A DNA stretch of 64,000 nt from assembly GCA_964270895.1 (NCBI GenBank), contig OZ185435.1; one strand, 5' to 3'. The notes beneath the pieces are model-generated. The model ran no database searches. It was not told the origin of the DNA and worked only from the letters and a program-made list of their open reading frames with translations. Source of the DNA: Podarcis filfolensis (taxonomy: Eukaryota). Each line of letters starts with the position of its first letter. Position 1 is the first letter of the stretch. Below are positions 26,018 to 39,600 of the stretch, one piece after another. The position numbers and the translations under genes are program-made.

Positions 26018-26840
26018 TACAGTGGTTATACGTCTTCCCATTAATTGTTTGTCCTACACTTTTTAGTGCATTTTCCATTCAGCTTATTAACCACAAATAG
26101 TCCTTTAAAGGGGAGAATTTGTCGTACCAGAGGTCTTCCAGCTAATTTAATTGTGTAAACCTAAATTCCCAGCATGTGATTGAATCCCTCCTGCAAACTA
26201 CTGACAGCCTGTGGGTGACCCTGCTTTAGTCTGAGGTTGCCGCACTCATAGGATAGCCAAGTAGCAGTGTTGCTTCCACTTTTTGAGGCGCAAGGTATCA
26301 TAAGTGGACAGCCTGAGATATCCTGCTGCCTGAGGCAAAAAACAAGATAGTACCCCCATTTCAGACAAATAAGATGTTTAGATTAGCAGCTGAATTTTAT
26401 TTGGACTCTGTGGATGGGGCAGTGTCCTCCTGAGAGCAACAAGCTAGTTTAGGGGGCACAGGCAGGCTGTCTCCCAACACCTTACCACTATTCCCTGTTT
26501 TCCAGCATCTACTACCCTCTGCACTTTGCCTAATGGTAGGGCTGGCCCTGTCAATGGGCCAACTCCTTGCTGCTCTCAGCACTGCCCATTCACTTTCCCT
26601 CTTCCTTTGGCCCCATGCACACTGCTGCCTAGATGCACAGATAGCAGCTCCTCCTCCTCCTTGCTGTTATCACTGCTTGATCACTCAATGAACACAGGCA
26701 GAGAGGCAGCAACAAAAAGTAGGAGAGGGGATGTGATCAGATTGCTCCAGAGGTTGGCAGCAGGAGCAGACTGCAGTAATCTTTTGTAATATGGCGCCTT
26801 GTGCAAGACCAAAATTTGGTGCCCCCAAATGGATCTTTTC

Positions 26841-28555
26841 AACTCCTCAATGCCTTCTTTGCCTCAGTCTTCTCCGATAAAGAAAACAATGCCCGGCCTG
26901 AAGAATTTGGAGCAAATGATTCAGCAGAGGAAACACAGCCCAGAATAACTAAGGAGATAGTACAAGAATACTTGGCTAGTCTAGATGTATTCAAGTCTCC
27001 AGGGCCAGATGAACTGCATCCAAGAGTATTAAAAGAACTGGCAGATGTGATCTCAGAACCACTGGCAGTCATCTTTGAGAATTCCTGGAGAACAGGCGAA
27101 GTCCCGGCAGACTGGAGGAGGGCAAATGTTGTCCCTATTTTCAAAAAGGGGAAAAGAGAGGACCCAAATAATTACCGCCCAGTCAGTCTGACATCAATAC
27201 CAGGGAAGATTCTGGAGCAGATCATTAAGCAAACAGTCTGTGAGCACCTAGAAAGGAATGCTGTGATCACCAATAGTCAGCATGGATTTCTGAAAAATAA
27301 GTCATGTCAGACTAACCTGATCTCGTTTTTTGACAGAATTACAAGCCTGGTAGATGAAGGGAATGCAGTGGATGTAGCCTACCTTGATTTCAGCAAGGCA
27401 TTTGACAAGGTGCCCCATGATATTCTTGTAAAGAAGCTGGTAAAATGCGGTCTTGACTATGCTACCACTCAGTGGATTTGTAACTGGCTGACTGACCGAA
27501 CCCAAAGGGTGTTCATCAATGGTTCCTCTTCATCCTGGAGAAGAGTGACTAGTGGGGTGCCACAGGGTTCTGTCTTGGGCCCGGTCTTATTCAACATCTT
27601 TATCAACGACTTGGATGATGGACTCAAGGGCATCCTGATCAAATTTGCAGATGACACCAAACTGGGAGGGGTGGCTAACACCCCAGAGGACAGGATCACA
27701 CTTCAAAACGACCTTGACAGATTAGAGAACTGGGCCAAAACAAACAAGATGAATTTTAACAGGGAGAAATGTAAAGTATTGCACTTGGGCAAAAAAAAAT
27801 GAGAGGCACAAATACAAGATGGGTGACACCTGGCTTGAGAGCAGTACATGTGAAAAGGATCTAGGAGTCTTGGTTGACCACAAACTTGACATGAGCCAAC
27901 AGTGTGACGCGGCAGCTAAAAAAGCCAATGCAATTCTGGGCTGCATCAATAGGAGTATAGCATCTAGATCAAGGGAAGTAATAGTGCCACTGTATTCTGC
28001 TCTGGTCAGACCTCACCTGGAGTACTGTGTCCAGTTCTGGGCACCACAGTTCAAGAAGGACACTGACAAACTGGAACGTGTCCAGAGGAGGGCAACCAAA
28101 ATGGTCAAAGGCCTGGAAACGATGCCTTATGAGGAACGGCTAAGGGAGCTGGGCATGTTTAGCCTGGAGAAGAGGAGGTTAAGGGGTGATATGATAGCCA
28201 TGTTCAAATATATAAAAGGATGTCACATAGAGGAGGGAGAAAGGTTGTTTTCTGCTGCTCCAGAGAAGCGGACACGGAGCAATGGTTCCAAACTACAAGA
28301 AAGAAGATTCCACTTAAACATTAGGAAGAACTTCCTGACAGTAAGAGCTGTTCGACAGTGGAATTTGCTGCCAAGGAGTGTAGTGGAGTCTCCTTCTTTG
28401 GAGGTCTTTAAGCAGAGGCTTGACAACCATATGTCAGGAGTGCTCTGATGGTGTTTCCTGCTTGGCAGGGGGTTGGAATCGATGGCCCTTGTGGTCTCTT
28501 CCAACTCTATGATTCTATGATTCTATGATTCTATGATTCTATGATTCTATGATTC
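26841..28555 (+). mobile_element. 5'-truncated CR1 LINE with reverse transcriptase domain and intact 3' end
   Basis: RT motifs [40 protein letters not shown]. The C-terminal part continues in ORF 27819-28448 after one frameshift at A9 (27791-27799). (ATTCTATG)5 tail at 28512-28551. Confidence 0.97.
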
Positions 28556-28767
28556 AATTTTGCCCCCCACCTCATTCCAACGGGGTCATTGGAGTGATCC
28601 AAGCTTCCTTCATGGATTTAAGTGCTAAGTTCAAGTACTAACTAGAGATAAGAACGCCTCATTTAAAAATGAAGACCAGGCACCGATTCTGAAGGGTAAA
28701 GAGAATTTAGGAAGCAGTTGGTGCTCTCACCTCCCCTTATACCCAGTTGCTACACTAGTTTTTCCTA

Positions 28768-29123
28768 AAGGTAAAGGTAAAGGGACCCCTGACCTTTAGG
28801 TCCAGTCGTGACCAACTCTGGGGTTGTGGCGCTCATCTCGCTTTATTGGCCAAGGGAGCAGGCGTACAGCTTCCGGGTCATGTGGCCAGCCTGACTAAGC
28901 CGGTTCTGGCGAACCAGAGCAGTGCACAGAAATGCCGTTTACCTTCCCTCCGGAGTGGTACCTATTTATCTACTTGCACTTTGATGTGCTTTCGAACTGC
29001 TAGGTTGGCAGGAGCAGGGATCGAGCAACGGGAGTTCACCCCATTGCGGGCATTCAAACTGCCGACCTTCTGATCGGCAAGTCCTAGGCTCTGTGGTTTA
29101 ACCCACAGCACCACCCGTGTCCC
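28768..29123 (-). mobile_element. Sauria SINE (Podarcis-type)
   Basis: (AAAGGT)n tail on the left, reverse-complement head on the right. CTAGTTTTTCCTA is duplicated at 28755-28767 and 29133-29145. Confidence 0.95.
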
Positions 29124-30031
29124 TAGTATTTCCTAGTTTTTCCTATTGGCTTGCCTGCACATTGCTGAACCAGTATGCACTAGTATGCCTCAGAAGGAGC
29201 GGTCTAATTTTTATGAACTTTTCAGTGGGGCTCTGTCTCATTCTGTACACTTTATTTCTGGCAATAAAAAAGGCTTGTGCTGGCAGTGGAAGGGATTGCT
29301 GTTTGCAGGCATACACTGACCATTTTGAAGAAGTTCAGCCTTGTTTTCTCACTCTGTTCCTAAAAATAAGCAGATTCTTGGAGATCAGAGAAGAGATGCA
29401 AAGTAACATTCCAAATTGTGCAGTGCAAAAAAAAAAAAAAGTTTTATATGCGTTTCTGGTGCTAAAACGTGTGGAAGACAGATGTGCCGCTAAAGGTAAA
29501 AAGATTAGGGCAATAACTGGAAGCAATAAATTTTCATTTTATATCCTAATCTCTTACATTGTACTTGTTATTCCCAACTGGAGATACGGAGCTCCACCAG
29601 TCAGTTATGGGATCATTGTGGGTGGGCAAGTACCCAACTTCCACAACACTGCTGGGGAACAATGACGTGCTAAAAGGGGCTAAATTCTGCTTGGCAGATT
29701 GAAGGTGTGGAACACTGTTGCAGTAGCCCTTTATGGAACATTTTGGGGAGTGTTATTCATTAATTAAATATACATATTGTCTTTTCCCAAAGACTTCAGG
29801 TCAGAGTACATCTTCCAAGGTCTTTGTCCTTCTGTGTCCCACTCCACCCTCATTTTATCCATAGCTGGCTGGCGCTCTCAAAACAGAAGCACTTCTGCTA
29901 GGAGGTCAGGAACCGCTGCAACGTTTTGTTGCCAGTCCCATTTTGTTCCATAAACAAATTGTGGCCAGCATACATAGTTTTATCTCAAATAATACTAAAC
30001 AGGTTACCAATAGGCTAATTTCTGTGTGACA

Positions 30032-30221
30032 CATAGGAGCCAACTCCTAGCGGCTGAGGGGACTTCAGCCCCCCCCAATAAAATATTTGAGGGGGCCGGG
30101 GTCCCTAAATTTGATGGGCACTGCTATTCAAATGGTGTGCATGCACCCTGTCATGTGATTGATTATGTGGGGCAGGGCTTACCTGGGGCCCCTCAATATT
30201 TTATTCAAGTTGGCATCCCTT
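30032..30221. mobile_element. hAT MITE
   Basis: CATAGGAGCCAACT...AGTTGGCATCCCT, with 8-bp TSD GTGTGACA (30024-30031 and 30222-30229). Confidence 0.88.
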
Positions 30222-31604
30222 GTGTGACATACTGAGATTTTGGGTTCCACTGGGTGGAATTCAACACCATGCTAATTTGATCATTCTGTCCTCCCCACAC
30301 GACCCCTGTGCCCTGTCTTGGAGGTTTTCCTGATCCCCCAGAACTGACTAGGGAGAGGAAAGTAGAGGCAAAGCCCCATTGCACTTGTACTGTTGGCTCC
30401 TCTAGTGTAACTGTTTAGTTGTATCCAGCCCATGGCCTCTTATCTGGTTCATTCATGTTTTGTTCTGTTTTGTTTTTGCTTAGCTAAAACAAAGAGGGGG
30501 GGCAAATCTAAAGAGTTCACATGGAACCCTTGAATTCAACAGCAACTGAACTAAAGGAATTTGGCTTTGTGAAGCATTACTAGTGAGCTCACCGTTTTAA
30601 TAGAAATCCTGGGCTAACACCGATTTCCTGTGTCCTTCCAGGTGACCACATTTTCCTTTCCCAAGAGATAATGATAATGCTCATTATGTCTGCTTTCAGA
30701 GAGGCCCCCTGCTTGTGAGGGAAATATGTAATGTAAAAGTATACAGTGCATTGCACTGCCTGCCACAGTCCCATAGCCTCTGGTTATCCTGTTTAAGTTG
30801 CACTGGAACATACATTTATCTGAAGCTGAGTAATTTTATAGATCCATAAAACCTACATTTCCCCTTGTGTTCTCCACCCCCCTCCCTTTTAAGTTGGACA
30901 CTCAAAGCAAAGCTGAAACCCTAAAATAAATCTTCAAATGCTGCAGAAGGCCGAGCACAGCTTTATTACATATCTCTGCAATTAGAACTAATTTACTGCC
31001 TCGAGAGCAGTAAAATGTGCAAGCTACTTCTTGGATAAATATACCTGTGTAGGACAAGCAGAGCTTCTCTGTAAATGTTATCTCCTTGCATTCAACAAGT
31101 ACCAAGGTCATTCTTACTGCTACATACCGGAGAACATTTAATTAATGGCCCTGCAGCTGGCGGTACCACCTTGGCTCCTTCATCTAGGCTGTTTTTCTAT
31201 GTTTTTCTGTTTCATGTGAACGGACTTGGATAACGTCCCATCGCTTATTTCCCCCACAAATGTCTCTCCCCGCCCCTTCCTGCTGCCCGAAAGTACAAAA
31301 CATACTTTAGTAGCCTCTTTGCTGGAAGAATGTCAGCAATTCACAGAAAGAGGAGGAAAAAGTTGTGTCTGTTTCTATTAATATCCGTTTATAAAAAGCA
31401 ACACGTTGTGTATACGGAAGTGCAAGTATACCCATTAGCTCAGCTTGGTCTTCAAGCTTGTAGTTGTCTATACGCACAGCAAGGATGGGAAAACTTTTTC
31501 TGCATGGGGGCTGCATTCCCTTCTTTGTAACCTTCCAGAGGCAGCATCCTACGGGTAGTTAGGGTCAGAGGTAAAAGTTGGTGGAGCAACAAAATGGGTA
31601 GGAA

Positions 31605-31823
31605 GCCAGTGTGGAATAATGGTTAAGATGTTGGGCAATAACCTGGGAGACCAGGGTTTGAATCCCCACTCAGCCATGAAGCTCACTGGGTGACATTGGG
31701 CCATACACCATCTCAGACCCTGCCTCACAGGGTTGCTGTAAGGATGAGGAGGAGAACCATGTGCACTGCCTTGAGAACGTTGGAAGATAAAGGTGGTACA
31801 GTATATAAATGAAATAAATAAAT
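31605..31823 (+). mobile_element. tRNA-derived SINE with L2-type tail (MIR/Squam3-like)
   Basis: GCCAGTGTGG...GGGTTTGAATCCCCACTCAGCCATGAAGCTCACTGGGTGAC...CCTCACAGGGTTG...(AAAT)n tail. Confidence 0.8.
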
Positions 31824-33026
31824 ATGAATGTCATCACACAGTTGGGCAGTTTCTACACCCACTCACTCCCCTCAACAGCATCCTTCCAGTCAACTAAGAG
31901 GCGTTACCAGAGTTCAAGGACACATTCCAGCCAGGCAGAAACATTCATGGAGGGTGAAAGCCAGGCTGATAAGGATGTGGTCTGGGGAGAATAACAGATA
32001 AAGAGGCCTGAATTCCAGGAGAAATTAATTTGACCCTAGGGCTTGGTGTTCCCTATCCCAGAAGTACAGTGTCCACGTTACTGAATTGTATTGTTCCTGA
32101 GAGAAGAGAAGAACCCAGGGATCACTGTATGGAGAGCAAGTAGACCACTGAATGACCACCGTGGTGCAAAAGACTGGAGCAAGTGAGCCCGGGCACAGCC
32201 AGCTGTGATCACGAATTCCCCCACTGGCATAAGTGCTTCCATCTTCAGACTTTAGGGGGGACACCCAAGAAGTCTAAAGTTGGGGGCTCCTTGCCTGAAT
32301 GGCCTCCTTTCTTCCTCACTGTGGTCACCACTGCCAATTATCTTACCCTCTCCATCTGGGTAGCTGTGCAGACTGGGCTCAGATGGCATGGTGACCAGAG
32401 GCATACTCTCCTTATCCTTACTCCACCTGTCTTCTGCTGAACTGTCTTAGAAGGTGAGAAGCAAAAAGGCAGTGACTGCACAGAGAAAAAGAAAGCAGGG
32501 CCACGAGGTGTCGTGGGCCCATGGCTATGATGGGAGCCTTGGCAGCTGCCCAACAGTGCTAAGCCCAAGCTATAAGTGCACATACTTGGCAGTCGGTTTT
32601 GGTCTCTTTGGTTGACCTTACTTCTGCTAGGATCAGAGGTAATCATTTTGTATTTTGATATTTGGGTGGCAGGTGATTTCAGTTCAGCTATGGAGTCCAT
32701 AGACTGCATAGCTTTGAGGCTAAAGGTAAGGGATGAGGTCCTAAACTGGACCCCGAGCTGCTTTTTCTGACAGAAAAATACATGGGGATTTCTGTTCATT
32801 CATGTTATTCAGTACCTTTTAAAATCAACTGCATCCTGCCATTCCAAAAGTTCAAGGCAGCTAACAAATAAAATAAAGAGGCTATCTGTTGATAAAAAAA
32901 ATGATGAAAATACAATCAAGGTGCTTCATCCTGATTTGCTTGCACAAATCTCTCCCGCAAAATACTGACAGCCTAGAGGCCTAAAACACAGAAAGCGCCA
33001 TTATTTAAAAGAAGAATCAGAGCAGC

Positions 33027-33202
33027 CGGTGCTTTTTTTTCTTAAAAAATGTTTAGGGGTACTCTCAGTTTGACTCAGGAAAATCACCATTTTATACTTC
33101 AAATCGGGGAAAATAAATACAGCAAATGGACAAAAGTACAAAGATTCACAAAATGTTTAGGGGTATGCGTACTCCTGCGTCCCCCCCAGAAGAAAAGCAC
33201 CG
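33027..33202. mobile_element. hAT MITE family A, complete copy
   Basis: TIRs CGGTGCTTTT...AAAAGCACCG, with exact 8-bp TSD AGAGCAGC (33019-33026 and 33203-33210). Confidence 0.92.
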
Positions 33203-35544
33203 AGAGCAGCAAAAAACAAAAAATGGCAGAGGAAGACTTTCAGGGAAGGAATCTTCCATGTCACATGGAATTTGACCTGGGAACGTGGGATAGAGGTAGA
33301 GACTTGCTCCACTAAATGGTGTCTCTGCTTAAAATCATACCCTGACCCATTTCAATTTTAGTGAGATGGGATGTGCACATAATTAAATTCAGTGATTAAA
33401 ATAAAAACTCGTTAAGGCTATCTCCCAGTGGTTCAAGTTCCAGAAGCCAGGGAACTGGAAGCCTAGGCTGATGTCTAAACAGGTGTGTCCTGTGATCTGC
33501 AGTGATCTTGTGCAAAGTCACAATTTGCACTTGGTTAGAATTAACATTCCATGCACCCTGAAGTGCCTTCTGATATGACTCCACCATTTAATGGAGTGCA
33601 TAGTTTTTGGCTATGTATGCCATTTCCCACACAGTTCTTGACATGGCATGAAGAGCTCCCTGATACTCAAACTAGAGTCTAAAGAAATCTTTGTCATTGG
33701 CCCCTGTCATATAAAAGCTACAATTTGAGTCACATAATCACTATCCCCCTCCCCAGTCCAACAGTGTCCCTCTATCAACTTTTTTGTATTGCCTTTAGAT
33801 AACAGTATGTTAGATCTCATTCATATATTTTCCTGGGGAGGGATCACTATTAAATCCAAAAGTATATTTTGTGCATCTCATGTGTATTGAAATCCACATC
33901 CATTGTTCTTGTTGCTTAATAATCCTAAAGTTACTTGGAAGTACTTTTGTATGAGAGACCTTTCAAGCAAAGCCAAGGCAGCAGATTAGAGATTTTCCCC
34001 CTGTTTGTAGACAAAAATACATTAAAACAACCAAGGGAGCTATTACTCTTCCACGTAATTATTTTTAATGTCTCCTTAGACATGTAGAAAATGCCTTTTC
34101 ACTCCTTGGGGAGAAGAGCTAAAAGGGGGGGGGGAGTCCTTTTTTTGTTTTTACATTTTGCAGTGTGGCTTTTGTTAAATGTTGGTATGTATTCCCATTG
34201 TGCAACACTCACCCTAAAAGACTTTTAAAACATTTTAGGGTTCTAATGTCTAATAAAATAAATGGCAGAAATCCACAGCCACTGTTAGGTTATGATTTAT
34301 TTATATACCACTTTTTGGCCCAAAGATTCCCAAAGCAGTGAGTAACACATTAATGCTAACGAGAGAGAGAATGAAAGTACAATAAACACAATAAATCAAC
34401 CAAAACAGGGTAAAATAGCACCATCGCCAAATACCCACCAATCACATATGTGAGATGCATTCATGCTGTCATCACAGAGAGTGCCCTGAAGGAGTGACAC
34501 AAAGGGGAGAAGGCCCCTTGGTGTCACCCTCTTGCCCACTGAGGCCAGCCTACCAGCAGCAACCCACCACCAGCAGCCTCCAGATAAATGGGCTTTGCCC
34601 CTGGGAACCACTTGAAGCTGTGCCAGAGTTCTTACTCTTCATGGGTGGGGCTAGCTGGCCAAACCCTCTGACCTCCTGCCAACAGGCTAACGTTCTACAA
34701 GTGTGTGAAACCTTTAAGACCTATGCAATGCTTTTGGGTCCTAAGTGGCTTACCAAAAAATTGGAAAAAATATTCATTAATGCTAGTATTATATACAGTA
34801 CAGATGTTAAAAACAGTAGCCATCCTAAAATTATCAAAATGCAGATCAGATCAATAAGGTTGGTTTTTTTAAAAAACAACAACAACAACAACCAAAACAG
34901 TTTTGTTCAAGTATTAAGACCCACCTGATTTTATTGATCTATCTCTGCTATGATGTATTTTTACTGTTTATGTTTTAAGAATGTATGTGTAAGATGCCCA
35001 GAGATCTTTACGTACTGGGGCAGTACAGGGATCACCATTAATAAACAGCTAGGATTGGGTTGGAAGGGAGCCCAAGAAAATATATCCTTTGAAATCAAGG
35101 ATGAGCAAATGAGCAGAGCTATCAAGGAAGTTCAGAAAGAATGAAGCAGCCCTTCAAGTTCTTTCTTCAATATAGAATGTTAATGTTCAGGGGAGATGCA
35201 GTGTGTGCCCAGGTGAATCTGCCCAGGTATACACATTTTGATGACAGAATGAGAACCTTTGCCCATAACCCAACACAGAGTTAGGTGAATTTGAGCTCAT
35301 TGATCTCCATGTGCAGTATGTTAGGTTGTTTCTTGTTGCAGAACAGCTTCCCACATAATAGGATGACCTCTCTTCAGACCAGTGCTGAAAAGTGATGACA
35401 CAAATCAGACATAATTTCCAACGGTGTAGCTGTGTTTGTTTGTACCTCACATTTCCCCCTAAAAGGACTCAAGGCGGCTTATGCTAAAAATAAGTACTAA
35501 AAACATAGAAAAAACAAAACAATTATAGATTTATAGAATTAAAA

Positions 35545-35577
<33 letters not shown>

Positions 35578-35591
35578 ATCTATCTATCTAT
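35545..35591. repeat. (CTAT)n tetranucleotide microsatellite, one interruption
   Basis: Direct read. Confidence 0.95.
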
Positions 35592-35601
35592 AAAATCTGT
35601 A

Positions 35602-35955
35602 GGGATGCGGGTGGTGCTGTGGGTTAAACCACAGAGCCTAGGGCTTGCCAATCAGAAGGTTGGCGGTTCGAATCCCCGTGACGGGGTGAGCTCCCATTGC
35701 TCGGTCCCTGCTCCTGCCAACCTAACAGTTCGAAAACATCTCAAAGTGCAAGTAGATACGGTAAATAGGTACCACTCCGGCGGGAAGGTAAATGGCATTT
35801 CCGTGTGCTGCTCTGGTTCGCCAGAAGCAGCTTAGTCATGCTGGCCACATAACCTGGAAGCTGTGCGCCGGTTCCCTCGGCCAATAAAGCGAGATGGGCA
35901 CCATAACCCCAGAGTCGGTCACGACTGGACCTAATGGTCAGGGGTCCCTTTACCT
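35602..35955 (+). mobile_element. Sauria SINE (Podarcis-type)
   Basis: GGGATGCGGGTGGTGCTGTGGGTTAAACCACAGAGCC head through GGTCAGGGGTCCCTTTACCT tail. Confidence 0.95.
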
Positions 35956-38005
35956 ATATAATCTATTAAAACCATACAAATAATTACAATTAAAAAAGCA
36001 TGGCATCAGCCTTTTCATTAAAAACAATCCCAAAAGCCAAAAGTCTTCAGCTGCTGGAGGAAGGACAAGAAGGAGGGAGCAAGTCTAGCTTCTCTAGGCA
36101 GGGAGTTCCAAAGTCCAGGAGAAGCCACAGAGAAGGCCCTTGGTGTTAGCCTATTGCAGCAAAAATGTCCTTAAAGATGAACTAACTTATTATAGCAGAA
36201 ATGTTCCTGGACAAGAGTCCACTTCTTGAAGGACCTTTGCATCCTAAATCTTCTCTTGGGGAAAGGCCTTGGTTCCGGCATCTCTAGTGCTCATCTCCTT
36301 ATCTTCCCGCAACTTATTTCTCATGGCCCAGCTGTCCTTCCCTTAACCCCTTTCTTGACCTCTTGCAACTCCTACTTCTCATGGTGAAAGTTGACCAGGA
36401 GGTGATAAGAGAGGGTGTTTCCCAGCATTTGTTTAAGAAGTGCAATTTGTTTGACACCTATCTTTCCTTCCATCCCTGTAAAATGGATGCAACAGGACAG
36501 GAACAGGAACTTCTGAGATCAGTAATAGTGGAGGCACTGAGGTGCTTATAATTCACGAGTTCTTCCTCTGGTCCTGTATGTTTTCCCTGGGCCAAGAAGG
36601 CTAAAATTTGGGAAAGAGCTGTTATTTCAGCAAGAAAGCTGCTCTAGACAGAGGCCGATACAGAAGCTGGAGAATCTACCTCTTCCTGGCTCTCAGCCCA
36701 ACTTCTCTATCCTCCAAAGATAGCCTCAGATGCAGCTTTTGTAGCAGTTCTGAAACCCTGCCAGGCTCACCATGTCCCCTGCTCCTGTGGCCATGGGGGA
36801 GATTGGGGTGTGGGTTGCCGGAGAGTATGAGGAAGAAATACAATTGTATGAACTGGGATCATGCTTTGGGTACTCCACTACCTTGGTCTTGCTGATCAGA
36901 GTTAAATGCCTTAAGTGCCAAGGCCAATCCTGCATGATGGAGACTTAAAAAACAACAACCCACAACGCAGAGTTATTGCATGAAGGGATAATGAATAATG
37001 GAGGCAATTAAGGAACGGAAGGAACTTGAGTAAGGAGAAGATCTGTTAGATTATGAATTCATTTCTTCAGGAACATGATGGAAGTCCCACAGTGTGGGAA
37101 ACATAACATTCAATTTGACAAAGAGTTGAAATGTGTGCCATAGGGAACAATCCTGCATTGCCATGTGGGGCTTGACCTGCATGGCCTGGTCGCTCTTTTC
37201 CACTTTTTAATGATTGTGGATCCGGGATCATAGGGAATTAGCCCACTTGGTGTAGGAGACTGGTGTTAAGACCCCTTGACTGCATTTCCATGACTGATGC
37301 ATTCTGGATGACAGATACAAATATGCTTTTCAAGGTCTGTATTTCCCTGTGTATTAGAGCACTTTAAACTCAGATTTAATTAAGAGTCAGCTGTTTAACC
37401 ACTGAGTTAATTTGAACAGACAGAATATTACATTTCTGCAAAGTGGGTAACAGAGTAGTAGTGGTAGCAGCAGCAACAGCAGTAGGAGTGGGATCTTCAA
37501 CAAAGTTTTTGCAGTGCATTATTCTCCCTTCAAAAAGGTATGGTTCTGTTCAGGCTTCTAGACAGCCATTCGCTCTGAGCAGAGCGAATTCTCCCAGATT
37601 CATCTTTGCTGATATTGAACACAATTACTACCAACTTCCTGTGTGCTGATGAAGAACAATAATACTGAGAGAGAGATAAATAAATAAATGATAGAAAAAA
37701 AAAAGAAATAGGGTTTGCTTGTTTTTACTCTACTGCTACATAAAGATAAATTAGAAACATGTTATGTTTCATATTCTTTGCCTGTCTGGAAAATTATAAG
37801 AAACTAGTTACCTATAGTGTCCACATATTCAGATAACAGCAGTAAGAAGCAGTTTGCTTGCTGGGGCAAGGGGTGGAATAAGGTCTGTCAGTGTGGACTG
37901 GGAAAGGTTGACTATAGCAAAAGGCAGCTTAGAGAGCTCAAGTTTTGATAGGTGGGTAGGTATATGAGATATCATGTGTATAGAAGGGAAAGTGCTTTTA
38001 CAGTT

Positions 38006-38010
<5 letters not shown>

Positions 38011-38044
<34 letters not shown>
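38011..38044. repeat. (AC)17 microsatellite followed by a short (TC)n
   Basis: Direct read. Confidence 0.95.
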
Positions 38045-38047
<3 letters not shown>

Positions 38048-39435
38048 CTCTCACACTTCACGTTTTTGCCAAAATGGAATTTCAGTACAAGCTGCCAAAT
38101 AAGCTATGATGGGAGTTGGATTTTATCCAAGGTCTGTATTTCTTAATTATCATTATGAAAGAGCTACGGTCACAGGAATTAAGTTGTAAAATATTAGATG
38201 TGTAAAATCGTCTCCCTAGGACAGTCCTGTGAACAAAGAAACTCACTGTTTTACAAAGTCTTGGCTGCAATTTAAGATGGAACTTGTAATTGCTACTTCA
38301 GCGGTTGCCTAATGGAAGGACTTTTCTTGCCATAAATTGGGGAGAGAGAGGATCTTCAAGAACTGTGGTGCATGATGGAGGGCGCTAATCTGCTAATCTG
38401 TTTAGGAGATTAATGTGGGGTTTAGTACATACAAAAGAGAATACTATTTCCTTATATAGAGCATGTTGTAAATTCTTAGCAAATATGAGTTATGGAATCA
38501 GCCTAAGGGCTATTGTCATGCTTTCCTGGTGCATAGGGCCAATTTGCAAACACGCCCCCATTCATGTCAACTTGTGTTCAATGGGCAAACTTCCAGGTAA
38601 GTGGGTATAGGATTGCAGCATTAATTGTTAAAAACAATCCCCACTCAGAGCAAAGAAGCTGTGAGCTAGTCACAGATTTGGCTGCTTCTGAGAAGGAATA
38701 ACATGGGATCTGAAATAGGTATTTTAATTATTTGTCATGCTTTGACAGTGAATTACAGTCTTTTACAGCTTGGGCAATAAAATATGTACTGCTATCCTGA
38801 CATTTGAAATATGATCCTAGTTTATGTTGAAATGAGTTTTGGGACAAGCGGCCACAAAAGGAGCAAGCCAATGGGTGTTGTGCTATTGAAGGGAATATAG
38901 CTGTATACACCGGCTCCTGGGATACTCAAGGGTCGAGTGACCAAAAGAATCTCCTTGTATCACTGACAACCATTATTTCTTCTGGCAATTTAAAAAGTAG
39001 AAACATGAAGTCATAGTCTGTCCTCAGCATTGGTACTTAACTGGGGTGGGTGCCGGAAATGTAGAACATTTCATCTTTCTTAACTGTTTGCACTATAGCT
39101 TTGCTACAATAAACATGGCCTTGACTTCTCTTCCGTCTCAGAGATGTTACAAATGACTTACATTGACTCATCAAATTGTCTCTCTGTGTCTTACCAATGA
39201 CTGGCACTGACTCATCGAAACATCTCGCATACTGTACTTCTTTCTAAACACACTTATTGATACACTAGAGATGTGTGCTTTACCCACCCCCCTTTCCAAC
39301 GCGAAACCTTTCTTGTTAGTTTTGGAACTTTAAATTCTAATTCTGAACACACAGGCTTGAATCCTGGTGATATAACCTAACATTCCTTATAATTAAACAC
39401 CTCATAATATTTTCCAGTATGTATTGCTTTATCTG

Positions 39436-39582
39436 AGCTTGGATAGCTCAGTTGGTTAGAGCACGGTGCTGATAACGCCAAGGTTCAGTTCCCATATAGG
39501 ACAGCTGCATATTCCTGCATTACAGGGGATTGGACTAGATGATCCTCAGGGTCACTTCCAACTCTACAGTTCTGATTCTATG
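39436..39582 (+). mobile_element. tRNA-Ile-derived SINE with CR1 3' tail
   Basis: Head TAGCTCAGTTGGTTAGAGCACGGTGCTGATAACGCCAAGG resembles vertebrate tRNA-Ile. The tail CCTGCATTACAGGGGATTGGACTAGATGATCC...CCAACTCTACAGTTCTGATTCTATG resembles the CR1 end at 28458-28520. Confidence 0.85.
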
Positions 39583-39600
39583 CTGAAAGCAAATTGAATA

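Larger units (their letters stand above)
35433..36140 (-). mobile_element. L2 LINE 3' end, interrupted by a microsatellite and a Sauria SINE
   Basis: Minus strand 36140-36035 reads RAFSVASPGLWNSLPREARLAPSFLSFLQQLKTF. Tail motif CAAGGCGGCTTA at about 35469-35480. Confidence 0.75.

Noticed and set aside
28506-28555. Regular octamer repeat array
   Set aside because: Standard CR1 (ATTCTATG)n tail, with no spacers and not CRISPR-like.
39441-39500. tRNA-Ile-like sequence
   Set aside because: T-arm and acceptor stem are degenerate and it continues into a CR1 tail; it is a SINE head, not a tRNA gene.
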